NCBI GenBank assembly: GCA_037137755.1
Contig: JBAXJR010000001.1
Location: 1-64,000 of the forward strand
Length of the DNA stretch: 64,000 nt
Direction: 5' to 3'
Source: Methanomicrobiales archaeon
Lineage (GTDB): Archaea > Halobacteriota > Methanomicrobia > Methanomicrobiales > Methanospirillaceae
The number at the start of each line of letters is the position of its first letter. The stretch's first letter is position 1. Of this stretch, positions 40,493 through 51,667 are shown in pieces. A model generated the notes under the pieces. The model was given only the letters and a program-made list of their open reading frames with translations. It was not told the DNA's origin and made no database searches. A program made the position numbers and the translations under genes.

Positions 40493-41140
40493 ATGGAACA
40501 GGTGAACCCGACAAGGATGGAACTCCTGAAGAAGAAGACCCAGATCCGGCTGGCTGAGCAGGGGAAGGACCTGTTACGCCAGAAGATGGATGCCCTGATC
40601 AACGAATTTTTCAGGATTATGGGGAACGTATCCCGATCAAGGGACGAACTTGAGGCGGTTGCGGAAAATGCCCAGCGTTCGCTTGTAATTGCGCAGGCTG
40701 TTGATGACAGTATCGCTCTACGGTCTGCATCATTTGCCACAAAGCGCCATATTACCCTTGATATCCATGGCAGGAATATCATGGGCGTACCGGTACCGGT
40801 CATTGAAAAGAAAAGCCTGGTCTTAAGTGTCCTTGACCGGGGCTACAGCATTACCGGGGTATCAGGGCGGATTGATGAGGTGGCCGAAAATTACGAGCAT
40901 GAACTGGACCTGATCACCGGTCTTGCAGAGACTGAGACGGCACTCCGCCGCCTGGGTGAAGAGATCCAGAAGAACAGGAGGCGGGTTAATGCGCTTGAAC
41001 AGGTCCTGATCCCGGAATTACAGAGACAGGCGAAATATATCAGGATTACCATCGATGAGCGTGAACGGGAAGACTTGTTCCGCCTTAAAAAGGTTAAAAA
41101 GATTCTGGAAAGAAAGAAAAAAAGCCGGAAAAAAATGTGA
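40493..41140 (+). CDS. atpD: A/V-type ATP synthase subunit D
   Basis: PTRMELL, NIMGVPVP, RRVNALE, DERERE. Confidence 0.96.
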   Translation: MEQVNPTRMELLKKKTQIRLAEQGKDLLRQKMDALINEFFRIMGNVSRSRDELEAVAENAQRSLVIAQAVDDSIALRSASFATKRHITLDIHGRNIMGVPVPVIEKKSLVLSVLDRGYSITGVSGRIDEVAENYEHELDLITGLAETETALRRLGEEIQKNRRRVNALEQVLIPELQRQAKYIRITIDEREREDLFRLKKVKKILERKKKSRKKM

Positions 41141-41182
41141 GCGGACTTATGGATGGATCAGCCACCTGAATCATTATTACGT

Positions 41183-41515
41183 TTATTTGTCTTTCCCTGT
41201 CAGGATTGCAGTCACATCAGTTATCGCTTTTGTATCCGTTGAGTCCTTACCCTTGCTTACATTCCCAATCTGAATGATGTGCAGGACATCAGTATACTTC
41301 AGCTGGGAAAATGCGATGGTATCCCATACCACGCTATCGATATACACCCAGCACTCCCCGAGCATTCGTTCGAGTACTTTAATATCACCTTCAGTGAACA
41401 GCTTCCAGTCGTCCCCTATACCATGATGTATTTTTTTTATTGCATTCTCAACGCCTTTTTCCCTGTGGACCTGAAACAACCTCCTGCCCACTTCCGTTTT
41501 TGTAGCTTCCGGCAT
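41183..41515 (-). CDS. Hypothetical protein
   Basis: 110 aa, GGAGG SD, globular composition. Confidence 0.65.
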   Translation of the reverse strand: MPEATKTEVGRRLFQVHREKGVENAIKKIHHGIGDDWKLFTEGDIKVLERMLGECWVYIDSVVWDTIAFSQLKYTDVLHIIQIGNVSKGKDSTDTKAITDVTAILTGKDK

Positions 41516-41764
41516 GCCAGTCTGTAACCTCCATATAAAAACGTTATAAATCGTGATTTAGTGACACGCATATTAATACTTTTGTATCCGTCCTGTCCCG
41601 ATATCATTTGACATCACATCTGACTATCGATGTGATTAGCTTAACCAATAGGGATATTGAGTGAATCCTCAGGCAATGGCTGAAAGGCGGATCGGTTGTA
41701 AGAAAAGAGGAAAGGTTGGTTCCCATATGAGATACCTTTCCGGTCAGCTACTATTCGTGAATCG

Positions 41765-42277
41765 TTACTTCTTAACGGTTGTATTATTGATGGCTGTCTT
41801 GACGTCAGCCGTCAGGTTTGCAACGGTTTTGTTGATGGCGGTCTTGGCATCTGCGGTCAGGTTGGCCACGGGGGTCTTGTTTGTCAGGTTTGCAACGGTC
41901 TTGTTGATGGCTGCCTTGGCATCTGTGGCCAGGCTGTCCCCTGAAGTCCCTGATGCTGCAGGTTTGCACTCACCACGGTAGAGTGCCCATTCCTCACAGG
42001 TGGAACCGTTCGGGAAGGTGCACATGCCATATTCATTTCCTGCTGCGTCTTTCTTGATCTCGGTCTTACCACCGACCTGTCCACAGTACACTGAAGCCGG
42101 GTTTGCAAGTCCGGTGCTCCCACCGGTGGTCGGGACCGCAACAATAGTAGTCGGTACAGGTGTTGCTACCGTGGTTGCAGGCGTTGTTACAGGCTGGTTC
42201 GACGTGCATCCGGCTGTCATCATGACAACCGCAATAACGAGGACCAGTAAAATTGAAGATGTTTTCATCCAGCTCAT
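41765..42277 (-). CDS. DUF333-domain lipoprotein with C-terminal tandem repeats
   Basis: Lipobox TAGC, Thr/Pro linker, GLANPASVYC...GG...GMCTFPNG..CEEWALYR. Confidence 0.88.
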   Translation of the reverse strand: MSWMKTSSILLVLVIAVVMMTAGCTSNQPVTTPATTVATPVPTTIVAVPTTGGSTGLANPASVYCGQVGGKTEIKKDAAGNEYGMCTFPNGSTCEEWALYRGECKPAASGTSGDSLATDAKAAINKTVANLTNKTPVANLTADAKTAINKTVANLTADVKTAINNTTVKK

Positions 42278-42732
42278 TAATATTTCTCCGGCACATACGT
42301 GGGCGGGAAAGTTATTTATGCGCTACGGTTTTAAACGGGGAATAATTAATTCAATTGTCAATCCGATGAATTAATACCTTTATTTACTTTTGTTGAAGGT
42401 TGTTGTCATTTGGTAAACAGACCGCATTGTTTATCTTTTTTTCATCTATTGACCGTGCAGGAACTTAAAAAAGACAGAATAATAAAAAAATATCCCTGGT
42501 GCTGGAATGGGAAGGCCCAACGTTCCCACCCGAATGAAGTACTCTGCCTGCAAGTCAGCACACCTGTCACCGCACAATTCGTCAGGTAATCTTGGGTAAT
42601 GGATAGTGAATGACCGGGTTATTAGTGAATTATCGTAAATCTGCTTGACAGCTGTAAAGTAAATGGCGTTTAAGGAATGTGGTACCCTCAGGGGAAGAGA
42701 TTTATTAGGGATGAATACATAAGCCTCACATT

Positions 42733-43101
42733 ATGAAAGAAAAAATACGAATGGCTGCAGAAATTGGAATACTCCTGGTTGCACTGGCCTTCATTGCCAC
42801 ACCGGCTCTCGCGGCAAACATGAACCTTGCCGGGGGTTCAGATATCAGGGTGTCCGGCTGGAACACACAGTCCTACAGGTCATTCTCAACGGTTATCCCG
42901 ATATCCGCGCAGGTATATACGAATTCACAACCCGCATATCTTTATGGCAAGTATTCGAACCTGAACAGTTATCTGAGTGCTGGTCCACTGATTGTAAATA
43001 ACAATGCGATTTCAATTCCGTCAATGGGAACCAGCAATAATAACTGGGACTCGCTCTTTGGTCAGACACCATCATTCTTGTATTCCTGCGGGTGCGGTTA
43101 G
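42733..43101 (+). CDS. Secreted hypothetical protein ending in SCGCG
   Basis: Signal peptide (PALA); low-complexity body. Confidence 0.55.
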   Translation: MKEKIRMAAEIGILLVALAFIATPALAANMNLAGGSDIRVSGWNTQSYRSFSTVIPISAQVYTNSQPAYLYGKYSNLNSYLSAGPLIVNNNAISIPSMGTSNNNWDSLFGQTPSFLYSCGCG

Positions 43102-43177
43102 TATTTTTTCATTAGGTTTCCGGTCTTGATCCGGGCACCAAATATTTTTATTCCTGTATTTCATTCAACCTTGTAAT

Positions 43178-44191
43178 ATGAAAGATTTCCATCTTACAGG
43201 GACAGTTTCCCTTGGTTTAATCACATTGTTTCTCCTGCTTCTTCCGGCAGGAGTTGTCGCTCTTGAATCGTTTTCTGGTCAACAGGTTTCGATTAATTCA
43301 CCGGTTGCAGATGACGTGTTTGCGGCCGGAGGAACAATCACCATAAATGCACCGATAGACAGCCTTGTTGCAGCCGGGGGTACTATAACTCTCAATGCCC
43401 CGGTAAAGGGTGATGTAATCGCTGCCGGGGGACGGATCATCGCAAACAATACCATCGGTGGCAAACTGGTGGCTGCCGGGGGTACTGTTGATGTTAACGG
43501 TGACGTGGGGACAAATGCTGTCATAACTGGTGGAAAGGTAACGATAAATCCGCGATCCACGATTGGAAGGGATGCAGAGATCTCGGGTGGCACTATCACC
43601 AACTCCGGCCACATAATGGGAAACCTCTCTGTGCAGTCACGGAATTTTTATGATTCCGGTACCGTGGGTGGGAAAAGCAGCTATGTTCAGACCGGGCAGC
43701 AGAGTTTTGCTGAAATTTTCACGGTTCTTGGTATCCTGTTTTCAATTGGCTGGCTGATACTCGGGCTCGTTCTCCTGAAGGTTGCACCGGTACGGTACCG
43801 TATCGTGGAGGAGGAGGTCACGAAATCACCGGTGGTAAAACTGGTTGTGGGATTTGTTGGTCTGGTAGTTGCTGGGATCGCGCTTGTTATCCTTGCAATA
43901 ACAGTCGTTGGTCTTCCGATAGCGATTGTCTCCGGGCTCCTCGTAGTTATTGGAGTCATTTTTTCAGTTCTGTTTGTTTCGTCTGCTGTTGGCAGGTTGC
44001 TATTCCGCTGGTTAAAGGTAGACATTCAGGACTGGCATGCATTTGTAATGGGATTTGTAGTACTAAGTATACTCTTCCGTGTCCCGGTTGCGGGCATCAT
44101 TCTCCTCATCGTTACGGTCTGCCTTGGGTTGGGTGCATTGCTCTATACCATACATGATCATTGGAAGTATATCACCGGGACAGCCGGCTGA
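43178..44191 (+). CDS. Beta-helix (bactofilin/polymer-forming-like) membrane protein
   Basis: Repeats D-V-x-AAGG-x-I-x-I-N about every 15 aa, then several TM helices. Confidence 0.8.
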   Translation: MKDFHLTGTVSLGLITLFLLLLPAGVVALESFSGQQVSINSPVADDVFAAGGTITINAPIDSLVAAGGTITLNAPVKGDVIAAGGRIIANNTIGGKLVAAGGTVDVNGDVGTNAVITGGKVTINPRSTIGRDAEISGGTITNSGHIMGNLSVQSRNFYDSGTVGGKSSYVQTGQQSFAEIFTVLGILFSIGWLILGLVLLKVAPVRYRIVEEEVTKSPVVKLVVGFVGLVVAGIALVILAITVVGLPIAIVSGLLVVIGVIFSVLFVSSAVGRLLFRWLKVDIQDWHAFVMGFVVLSILFRVPVAGIILLIVTVCLGLGALLYTIHDHWKYITGTAG

Positions 44192-44430
44192 TTCCAGCTC
44201 GTATGTAAAGGGCCAGGACGACCCTGAATACTATTTTTCTTTTCCTCAAAAAATCTTTATGACTGGGTCGGTTGTTACCTAAGTTGCGACTCTTTTTTCC
44301 TGTTCATGGAATCAATAGCGGGACCGTTGAGATACAACAGGGAAGAAACATCAGGGAACATTACCTGCCGGTTTATCGATATGCAAAAATCGAAAGCTAT
44401 ATGCTCATACATTCAAAAATAACCCTTCCT

Positions 44431-45930
44431 ATGTGTGCTCATTTTCTCGGATCACTTTTCAGGCAAAAGCCTCATATTGTCGAGAGTCCGCCGCCTCCCG
44501 TGATCGCACACGGTGCCGGCATGCAGGTGCCGGAATTTAAGCAAAAACCCTATTTCATCGTTGCCTCGGTGGAGATGGGGAACACAACGACAAAATGCAT
44601 TCTTACTGGTGTAAACCTGGATACCGGTATGTCGTATGTAATAAACAAAACCGTGAAGATGAGCAGGGATGTACGGAAACCGAAACCGGGAGAAGAAATA
44701 TTCGGTGAGACCCTTGACGGGACACAGCTCACCAGGGAATCTGTTACCGAACTTGTCCGGGAAACTCTTCTCCAGAGTCACCGGGAAGTGCACCTTGATA
44801 TTCAAAATGACCTGGATTTTGTTGTCAGGAGTACCGGGGTTGTCGCCGCAATGGATTCCCCGGACCAGGTCGGTGTATTTGTAATCGCACTTGCAAACGG
44901 ATGTCTTTCAGCCGGTGTCCCGCCCAGGAAGATGACGCCACCCATGTCAAAGGCGAACCAGTCAGAAAAACTACAGCCTTACAGCTTTGCCGATAAAGTA
45001 GTCTTTGTCGGGGCTGTTGCAGGGGTGGTTCCCCCGGTTGGTAGTACCGGTGTTGAGATGGTGGCGAATGAAATGGAGGGAGAACTTGCCATGGCCGGTA
45101 TCAAGGAGGGCGCCAAATGGACTCCTGTTGATTTTCGAAACCCCTGCATCTCGATTGACTTTGGCACCACGCTTGACGGCCGGATTACCAGTGATGTTGC
45201 ACCTGATGACCCGAATCCGTTTGCAAAAACAATCGGGAACTTCTGCGGTCTTGCAGGTGCAGTCCCGGATGCCATTATCCGTGGGACCGGGCTTGTAGAC
45301 GGACGTACTGGCACAGCGCTCGACGTATTCGGAGACCAGAGCATCCTGGGAGGTTTTTCCCTCCGATCGAAACGGAATGAAGTTGAGGAATTCGTGGAGC
45401 GCAGCCATAAAATAATTGATATCCGGATTGTACCACCTGAACGAAGAAGGTTTGGACGTGTACCGGTATACGCTGATATCGCCAAGGCGTCGGGAGTTGC
45501 AATGATTGGGTGCGATGCCGGTGAGGAAGCGAGCGGTTTAGATGAGCTGAAAAAGATCGGGGCTGAAATACACGAGAATTATAACCTCGGGTTCCTGAAC
45601 GTGGTCATCGACCAGGTATGTGCGAAGATGGCCCTCCGCCTGATTGATGTTGCCATTGATGAACACCTTGTCTTCCCGAATAGTTCGATTGGATTTACCG
45701 GGCGGGCTGCGATATCAGGCAGGAAACCAGAGTACATCCTCGAAGGAATTACCGAGAGAAAGCTGTTCGATGACCCGAACGACCATCTTGTATTTGTGGA
45801 TGATGGCCTCGCACGGGGTGCAGCTCTCATGGGACGGTGCATGAACTCACTTGGTAAACCGAAACAACCGATTGGCGGAGTCCGTGGTGGACCATGTATT
45901 ATGAGCAGACGTATTAAGGCAGGAAAATAA
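44431..45930 (+). CDS. Methanogenesis marker protein 14 (actin/ASKHA-like)
   Basis: VASVEMGNTTTKCIL, FVVRSTGV, NEMEGEL, DFGTTLDGR, DDGLARGAA; start at MCAHF. Confidence 0.9.
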   Translation: MCAHFLGSLFRQKPHIVESPPPPVIAHGAGMQVPEFKQKPYFIVASVEMGNTTTKCILTGVNLDTGMSYVINKTVKMSRDVRKPKPGEEIFGETLDGTQLTRESVTELVRETLLQSHREVHLDIQNDLDFVVRSTGVVAAMDSPDQVGVFVIALANGCLSAGVPPRKMTPPMSKANQSEKLQPYSFADKVVFVGAVAGVVPPVGSTGVEMVANEMEGELAMAGIKEGAKWTPVDFRNPCISIDFGTTLDGRITSDVAPDDPNPFAKTIGNFCGLAGAVPDAIIRGTGLVDGRTGTALDVFGDQSILGGFSLRSKRNEVEEFVERSHKIIDIRIVPPERRRFGRVPVYADIAKASGVAMIGCDAGEEASGLDELKKIGAEIHENYNLGFLNVVIDQVCAKMALRLIDVAIDEHLVFPNSSIGFTGRAAISGRKPEYILEGITERKLFDDPNDHLVFVDDGLARGAALMGRCMNSLGKPKQPIGGVRGGPCIMSRRIKAGK

Positions 45931-45953
45931 ACAGGTTCTGGAGTGAGGGACGA

Positions 45954-46259
45954 ATGGCGCAGGATGATCCATCGGTTGCACCCGTTAAAGGGGCTGAAAG
46001 AAAAAATGAAGGGGATAAAGGGTCGGAAATCGGAGAACTTTTTGATCTTGTCATACCTCCCGGAACACCACAGAGTGTAATTTCCGATGTCAACAGGAAA
46101 TTTGATGTTGAAATCGTTGAGAGGAAGGAGAGGCTGCATTTTGCGAATATGGATGGGGATGAGCGGATCCTCCTGGCATTCAGGGGAAAACTCGAAGTTA
46201 TGAAAGAACTTGAACCCTATTTTTATGCGAAAGTTAAAGAATTTATTGACAGGGTATAA
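45954..46259 (+). CDS. Hypothetical protein downstream of marker 14
   Basis: LFDLVIPPG...LLAFRG; 23 nt after the marker 14 stop. Confidence 0.7.
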   Translation: MAQDDPSVAPVKGAERKNEGDKGSEIGELFDLVIPPGTPQSVISDVNRKFDVEIVERKERLHFANMDGDERILLAFRGKLEVMKELEPYFYAKVKEFIDRV

Positions 46260-46505
46260 TCACTAACCTTTTTCCGGTACACCTGTTACCGGGAAGTTAA
46301 TTTTCTTTCGAATTATTTCATATGTTAACAGGGCCGCGCTCTCTAAAAATTATTTGAATATGCGGCACTGTTGAATCCCTGCATGAATCCAGATATTAGT
46401 ATATTCTGAAAGGTCTTTTCATTGTTCAGGGATTGACTTCCCGGTATGAATGTTTCAATAAAAAACCGAAAAAAGGGATATCCGTTACGATATTGCGGAC
46501 AGCTG

Positions 46506-47489
46506 TTAGAAAAATTCCTGTGCAGCATACCAGGTATCAGTCGCCTGGTCATACGCTACACCAACACCGATGACGGTGAAGTTCTGATCATTGGAATCAA
46601 TAATATTGGCACGGTGGCCCGGGCTATTCATCCATGCATCGACAATGAACCTTGCCAGTTCATCCGGTGTCCCGGGGTAATTGCTGAGCATGGCGATATT
46701 TTCACCGACCCCTACGCGGACATAGGTGCCGAAATCCTTTTCCACGTGGTAGCCGTGCCGTACCGCCCTGTCAGCTGGTGTCTCACCATCAGGGTTTATA
46801 TGGTCAAAAAAACCTCTCGCGGCCATATCGACACAGTCGTCGCGACCGATCACTGCAAGTTGATCGTCCCATTGTAAAGCGGGTTTTCCCGCATTTGCCC
46901 GCTCAATATTTGTATAGTACAAAATTCGCTGCTCGACCTGGTGCGTGATGTCATTAACGATAATTGTTGATGGGACAGGTTTTTCCGGCGCAACCGGCAG
47001 TAATGTTGGCAGAGGTAGAACGATTGAAGGGGGTTTTAGGAACGTTACAGGTTTCAACACAGACGGTTTTGATTGGTAGACCGGAAATTTTTGTGTTTTT
47101 GTCTTGTTTAGACGTACCGGAACCTTTCCTGATATGCCTGATACATACGTGTCTGCGGGGATTACCGATGTCCCTGATGAAGGGATTGAAATTGATGCCC
47201 CGGAAGTTGATGCCGGGATCAGAACCAGGTTTTTGGACGGGATTAGTGTTGGTTTGGGCTGAATATTTGCTGTACTGAGTGGTTTGGTGATACCATTGGG
47301 AAAATACTGCAGGCCAAAATAACCCTCAACATAAACCAGTGCATTGGGTGCCAGGGCAGTATCAGGGCCCAGTGTGTGTGTATTATCGTAAGCCTGCCAC
47401 GGAACGGCTGACGCAGCCATTACAAACAATCCTGCAAAAAGGAGAAAAATAACCGCTGTCATCCGGGCTAGGGAATTGTGGGCTGCCAT
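46506..47489 (-). CDS. Secreted CAP/SCP domain protein
   Basis: TNIER..AG...L.WD, FFDH, GENIA, WMNSPGHRANI, IGVG...Q.F. Confidence 0.9.
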   Translation of the reverse strand: MAAHNSLARMTAVIFLLFAGLFVMAASAVPWQAYDNTHTLGPDTALAPNALVYVEGYFGLQYFPNGITKPLSTANIQPKPTLIPSKNLVLIPASTSGASISIPSSGTSVIPADTYVSGISGKVPVRLNKTKTQKFPVYQSKPSVLKPVTFLKPPSIVLPLPTLLPVAPEKPVPSTIIVNDITHQVEQRILYYTNIERANAGKPALQWDDQLAVIGRDDCVDMAARGFFDHINPDGETPADRAVRHGYHVEKDFGTYVRVGVGENIAMLSNYPGTPDELARFIVDAWMNSPGHRANIIDSNDQNFTVIGVGVAYDQATDTWYAAQEFF

Positions 47490-47723
47490 TTTGTACTAGG
47501 AAATGTATCCGGACGATCTGATATACTCTTTCCGGTGAATGTGGTGGGAATAGCAATGTCCGGTATATTTCATAGCGCTGGAAACGGGAGAAAAATCCGG
47601 TTCCGGGATACAAGGTGCATTTGTACAACTATATGCCCCTGATGATGCTTCACCTCAAAGGAAATAGTTAAATGAATTCCAATCATTTTTATTATGATCG
47701 CTATCTGAATCACGAGGGATTCA

Positions 47724-48926
47724 ATGAAGAGGAATATTAAAATCGAAGGACTACGTCAAATCCCTCTCGAACAGCAGGAAATCGAACTGGTCGAGAGAAA
47801 ATGCATTGGTCACCCTGACAGTATGGCTGACGGCATTGCTGAATCCATCAGCCGTGCCCTTTGTCGGGCATATTTTGAAGAATGCGGGGCAATCCTGCAC
47901 CACAATACCGACCAGGGAGAGATAGTCGCAGGCGAGTCTATCCCTCGCTTCGGAGGGGGAAAAGTCACAAAACCCATCTATATTTTACTGGATGGAAGAG
48001 CCACGAAACATTTCAATGGCATAGATATTGCGACCGATTCGATTGCCGTTGAAGCGGCCAGGAATTACCTACGGGAGAACCTTACCAACCTAAACCTTGA
48101 ACGGGACGTAATCGTCGACTGTAAACTCGGTACTGGTTCGACTGACCTCCGGGATGTCTTCCGGCCATGCGACAACAAAGTGCCCCGGGCGAACGACACC
48201 TCGTTCGGTGTCGGTCATGCGCCGTTCTCTGAGACAGAAACAATCGTAATGGAGTCAAGCGAGTATATCGATACTATCCTGAGGCCAGAATTCCCCGCAA
48301 TCGGGCAGGATATAAAAATTATGGGGCTCCGCGATGATAACGATATTACGCTTACCGTTGCCTGTGCCATCGTTGACCGCTATTGTTCAGGCATGAAGGA
48401 ATACATCGAGTATAAAGAGATCCTGAAGACGAGGCTTGAAAATCTTGCGAAAAAGCACACCGGCAGGAAGGTCAGCGTACATATCAATACCGCTGACGAC
48501 ATTGACAATGGATCGGTCTTCCTCACTGTTACCGGTACTTCGGCAGAGATGGGTGATGATGGGTCTGTCGGCCGTGGTAACCGCTGCAACGGGCTTATCA
48601 CCCCGAACCGCCCGATGAGCATGGAGGCCACGAGCGGCAAGAACCCGATCAACCATATCGGTAAGATCTACAATATTCTCTCGACACAGCTAGCAAGGGA
48701 GTGCGTCGCGAAGGTCGATGGTATCGAAGAGATTTATATCCGTCTTCTGTCGCAGATTGGAATGCCGATTGATCAACCGCTGGTTGCGAGCGTCCAGGTA
48801 TTGCCAAAGCCTGGCTTCGAACTGAAAGCTATTACCCGCGATATTGATGCAATTGTGAATGACGGCCTTGCAAATGTCACCTGTGTTACCGATAAAGTCA
48901 TCAAAGGGGAGATCAGGACCTTCTGA
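47724..48926 (+). CDS. mat: Archaeal S-adenosylmethionine synthetase
   Basis: [45 protein letters not shown]. Confidence 0.97.
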   Translation: MKRNIKIEGLRQIPLEQQEIELVERKCIGHPDSMADGIAESISRALCRAYFEECGAILHHNTDQGEIVAGESIPRFGGGKVTKPIYILLDGRATKHFNGIDIATDSIAVEAARNYLRENLTNLNLERDVIVDCKLGTGSTDLRDVFRPCDNKVPRANDTSFGVGHAPFSETETIVMESSEYIDTILRPEFPAIGQDIKIMGLRDDNDITLTVACAIVDRYCSGMKEYIEYKEILKTRLENLAKKHTGRKVSVHINTADDIDNGSVFLTVTGTSAEMGDDGSVGRGNRCNGLITPNRPMSMEATSGKNPINHIGKIYNILSTQLARECVAKVDGIEEIYIRLLSQIGMPIDQPLVASVQVLPKPGFELKAITRDIDAIVNDGLANVTCVTDKVIKGEIRTF

Positions 48927-48940
48927 TCAAAACACCGAAG

Positions 48941-49852
48941 ATGTGCAATACCACCACCATTGAAGGGAGACCTGCCGGAGATGACCTCCCCTATGTCGTA
49001 CGGCTTGCAATCCCCAATAAAGGCCGGATATCCATCCCGATTCTTGAGCTCATGGAGAAATCCGGTCTCCACCTTCTTGATGCAGGCGAAAGGCGCCTGA
49101 TTTCACGGACTCCTGACCCCCACATCGAGGTGCTGTTCGCCAGGCCGATCGATATCCCTGAATATGTCGCTACAGGTGCTGCCGATATGGGGATTACCGG
49201 GCATGATATGGTGGCTGAACGGGGTGCCGGCGTGGATGAACTCCTCGACCTCCAGTTCGGCCGTGCAACGCTTGTCCTCGCTGTGCAGGAAGATTCTCCA
49301 GCCAGGTCAGTCAACGATCTCAGGGATGCAAAGATCGCGACGGAATTCCCGGTCATTGCCCAGTCTTATTTTGCACAACATGACATCCCTGTGCAGATTG
49401 TCCAGGTTGGCGGAGCCTGCGAGGCGACACCCTATCTCGGTATCGCAGATGCAATTATCGACCTCTCAAGTTCTGGGGACACGCTCCGGTCGAACCGGTT
49501 GCGGATCATCTCCGAAGTGATGAAGACGACCACAGTGGTGATTGCAAACCGTGATGCACGGTCAGCGAAATCAGAGAAGATTGAAGAGATCGTGCTTGCC
49601 CTCGAAAGCGTGATCCGTGCCCGCGGGCAATGCTACCTGATGATGAATGTCCGGCGTGCATGTCTTTCGGATGTAAAGCGTGTCCTCCCCGGGTTGTCAG
49701 GGCCGACCGTGATGGAAGTTGCAGCCAGCGAAGACCTTGTTGCCGTGCATGCGGTGGTTAGCGAGGACCGCGTCTACCGCCTGATCAACCTGCTGAAACG
49801 TGCAGGGGCCCGTGACATCCTGGTGATGTCAATTGAACGGATGATCCGCTGA
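48941..49852 (+). CDS. hisG: ATP phosphoribosyltransferase (long form)
   Basis: [37 protein letters not shown]. Confidence 0.96.
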   Translation: MCNTTTIEGRPAGDDLPYVVRLAIPNKGRISIPILELMEKSGLHLLDAGERRLISRTPDPHIEVLFARPIDIPEYVATGAADMGITGHDMVAERGAGVDELLDLQFGRATLVLAVQEDSPARSVNDLRDAKIATEFPVIAQSYFAQHDIPVQIVQVGGACEATPYLGIADAIIDLSSSGDTLRSNRLRIISEVMKTTTVVIANRDARSAKSEKIEEIVLALESVIRARGQCYLMMNVRRACLSDVKRVLPGLSGPTVMEVAASEDLVAVHAVVSEDRVYRLINLLKRAGARDILVMSIERMIR

Positions 49853-49857
49853 CTGGC

Positions 49858-50568
49858 ATGAAAGTATTTCCTGCTGTTGACATCCTTGACGGGCGGTGCG
49901 CACAGCTGGTCCAGGGCCGAAGGGAGACCGCCACGTTTTTTGGTGAGCCCGGTACCTGTGCAAAGAGGTGGCTCTCCGAGGGAGCTGATTCCCTGCATGT
50001 AATCAACCTCGACGGCGCCTTTGGCAATGCCGGCAGGAATGTAAACCTCATCCGTGAACTTGTCAATGAGACCGGGGTCACCATCCAGCTTGGCGGGGGT
50101 ATCCGTTCCGTTGATGATGCAGCCGGTTGGCTCGAAGCCGGCGTAGAACGGGTAATACTTGGTACCGTGGCAATAAAAACACCGGAAATTATCCGCCACC
50201 TCGCGGACGAGTTTGGTAGTTCACGGATAATGGCCGGTGTGGACGCACGGGGCGGAGAGATTGCCATAGAAGGGTGGCAGGAGACTGCAGGTGACTACCT
50301 CGAGTGGGCAGAACGTTTTGAGGCCCTTGGTTCAGGGTCCCTCCTGTATACGAATGTGGATGTGGAAGGGCTCCAGGGAGGTGTGAATTTTCCCCCAGTA
50401 CAGACACTTCTGGACCGGGTACGAATTCCTGTCACCTATGCCGGGGGCATCTCGAGCACAGAGGATATTAATGGTCTCGCTCAGATTGGTGTATATGGTG
50501 CGGTACTCGGGTCATCGCTCTACAGTGGCAGGATCCGGCTCCGCGATGCACTGGAGGCAGCACAATGA
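49858..50568 (+). CDS. hisA: ProFAR isomerase
   Basis: [32 protein letters not shown]. Confidence 0.95.
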   Translation: MKVFPAVDILDGRCAQLVQGRRETATFFGEPGTCAKRWLSEGADSLHVINLDGAFGNAGRNVNLIRELVNETGVTIQLGGGIRSVDDAAGWLEAGVERVILGTVAIKTPEIIRHLADEFGSSRIMAGVDARGGEIAIEGWQETAGDYLEWAERFEALGSGSLLYTNVDVEGLQGGVNFPPVQTLLDRVRIPVTYAGGISSTEDINGLAQIGVYGAVLGSSLYSGRIRLRDALEAAQ

Positions 50569-51146
50569 GGAGGACTGAACAGAAGAGGACCACGAACGAG
50601 ACAGATGTCCAAATTGTCTTTGATCCGGACGGCGTACAGGCCTGTTCCGTAGATACGGGAATACCGTTTTTTGACCATATGCTTACTGCTCTCGGCCGTC
50701 ATGGAAGAATTGGATTGACGGTAATCGCGAAAGGAGACCTCGAGGTCGACACTCATCATACGATCGAGGATATCGGCATTGTTCTCGGAGATGCTATACG
50801 AATATCAACAGGCGATGGACGCGGGATACGAAGGTTCTCCCATGCAATTGTGCCTATGGATGAGTCCCGGGCTACGGTAGTGCTCGATTGCGGGGGACGG
50901 GGCTACCTGCTCTTCGAAGGGAAGTTCACCGGAAAGAGTATTGGGGGGATTGATGCCGACATATTCGAGCATTTCTTTTACAGCCTGTGTACCCGTGCCG
51001 GTATCACCGCCCATGTCCTGTTCATGGGTCGGAATGACCACCATAAATGCGAAGCGGTGTTCAAGGCTTTTGGAATTGCCCTTGGTGACGCTCTTTCACA
51101 CCGTGACCATGATGACCAGGTGCCAAGTACAAAAGGGACGTTCTGA
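50565..51146 (+). CDS. hisB: Imidazoleglycerol-phosphate dehydratase
   Basis: [41 protein letters not shown]. Confidence 0.97.
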   Translation: MRRTEQKRTTNETDVQIVFDPDGVQACSVDTGIPFFDHMLTALGRHGRIGLTVIAKGDLEVDTHHTIEDIGIVLGDAIRISTGDGRGIRRFSHAIVPMDESRATVVLDCGGRGYLLFEGKFTGKSIGGIDADIFEHFFYSLCTRAGITAHVLFMGRNDHHKCEAVFKAFGIALGDALSHRDHDDQVPSTKGTF

Positions 51147-51270
51147 TATAACCTGAATATAAGTCCCGGGATAACTGTACGTCCCGATGTTTAAAATAAA
51201 ACAGTTGCCACCTTGATCGGATTTATTCCCGGATTAACCGGATATTTTACTGATTAGAGAAAGGGGGAAT

Positions 51271-51477
51271 TTATGCTGACTTTGCAGCCAGCTCTACATC
51301 CTCTTCCTTGATCGTCTTCCGTCCCGCGTGGAGCGCGAGCCTGTTTGCCTCTTTGGTCAGGTGTGCAATGTATGCCTCTGCCTTAGCAACAAGTGCAGCA
51401 GCTGCGTCGCTGCCCACTCTCTCTGCTCCATTTTTCTTTGCAATCCTTACAACTGCAGCAATAGGTAAATCTGCCAT
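51271..51477 (-). CDS. Archaeal histone (HMf-like)
   Basis: LPIAAVVRI...ERV...HAGRKTIKEED. Confidence 0.95.
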   Translation of the reverse strand: MADLPIAAVVRIAKKNGAERVGSDAAAALVAKAEAYIAHLTKEANRLALHAGRKTIKEEDVELAAKSA

Positions 51478-51667
51478 TGTATTACCTCAAACAAAAATGT
51501 ATTAGCAAATATTTAAACGTTTCGTGAATCTTGTCCAATTATTTGCAGATTATGCTATCCGGGGCATCTTTGCGGGGAATGTATCTATCCCATGGCATAT
51601 CGTGATGATCTCTATTAAAACGCTCAAATATCAGGTTATTACCTGAATAAGAGACAAAAAAACGACT

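Noticed and set aside
44272-44430. N-terminal extensions given by the ORF track (also 25986-26105, 53422-53506, 58566-58610, 61755-61862)
   Set aside because: They run through promoter-like DNA or overlap divergent genes; family-typical starts lie downstream
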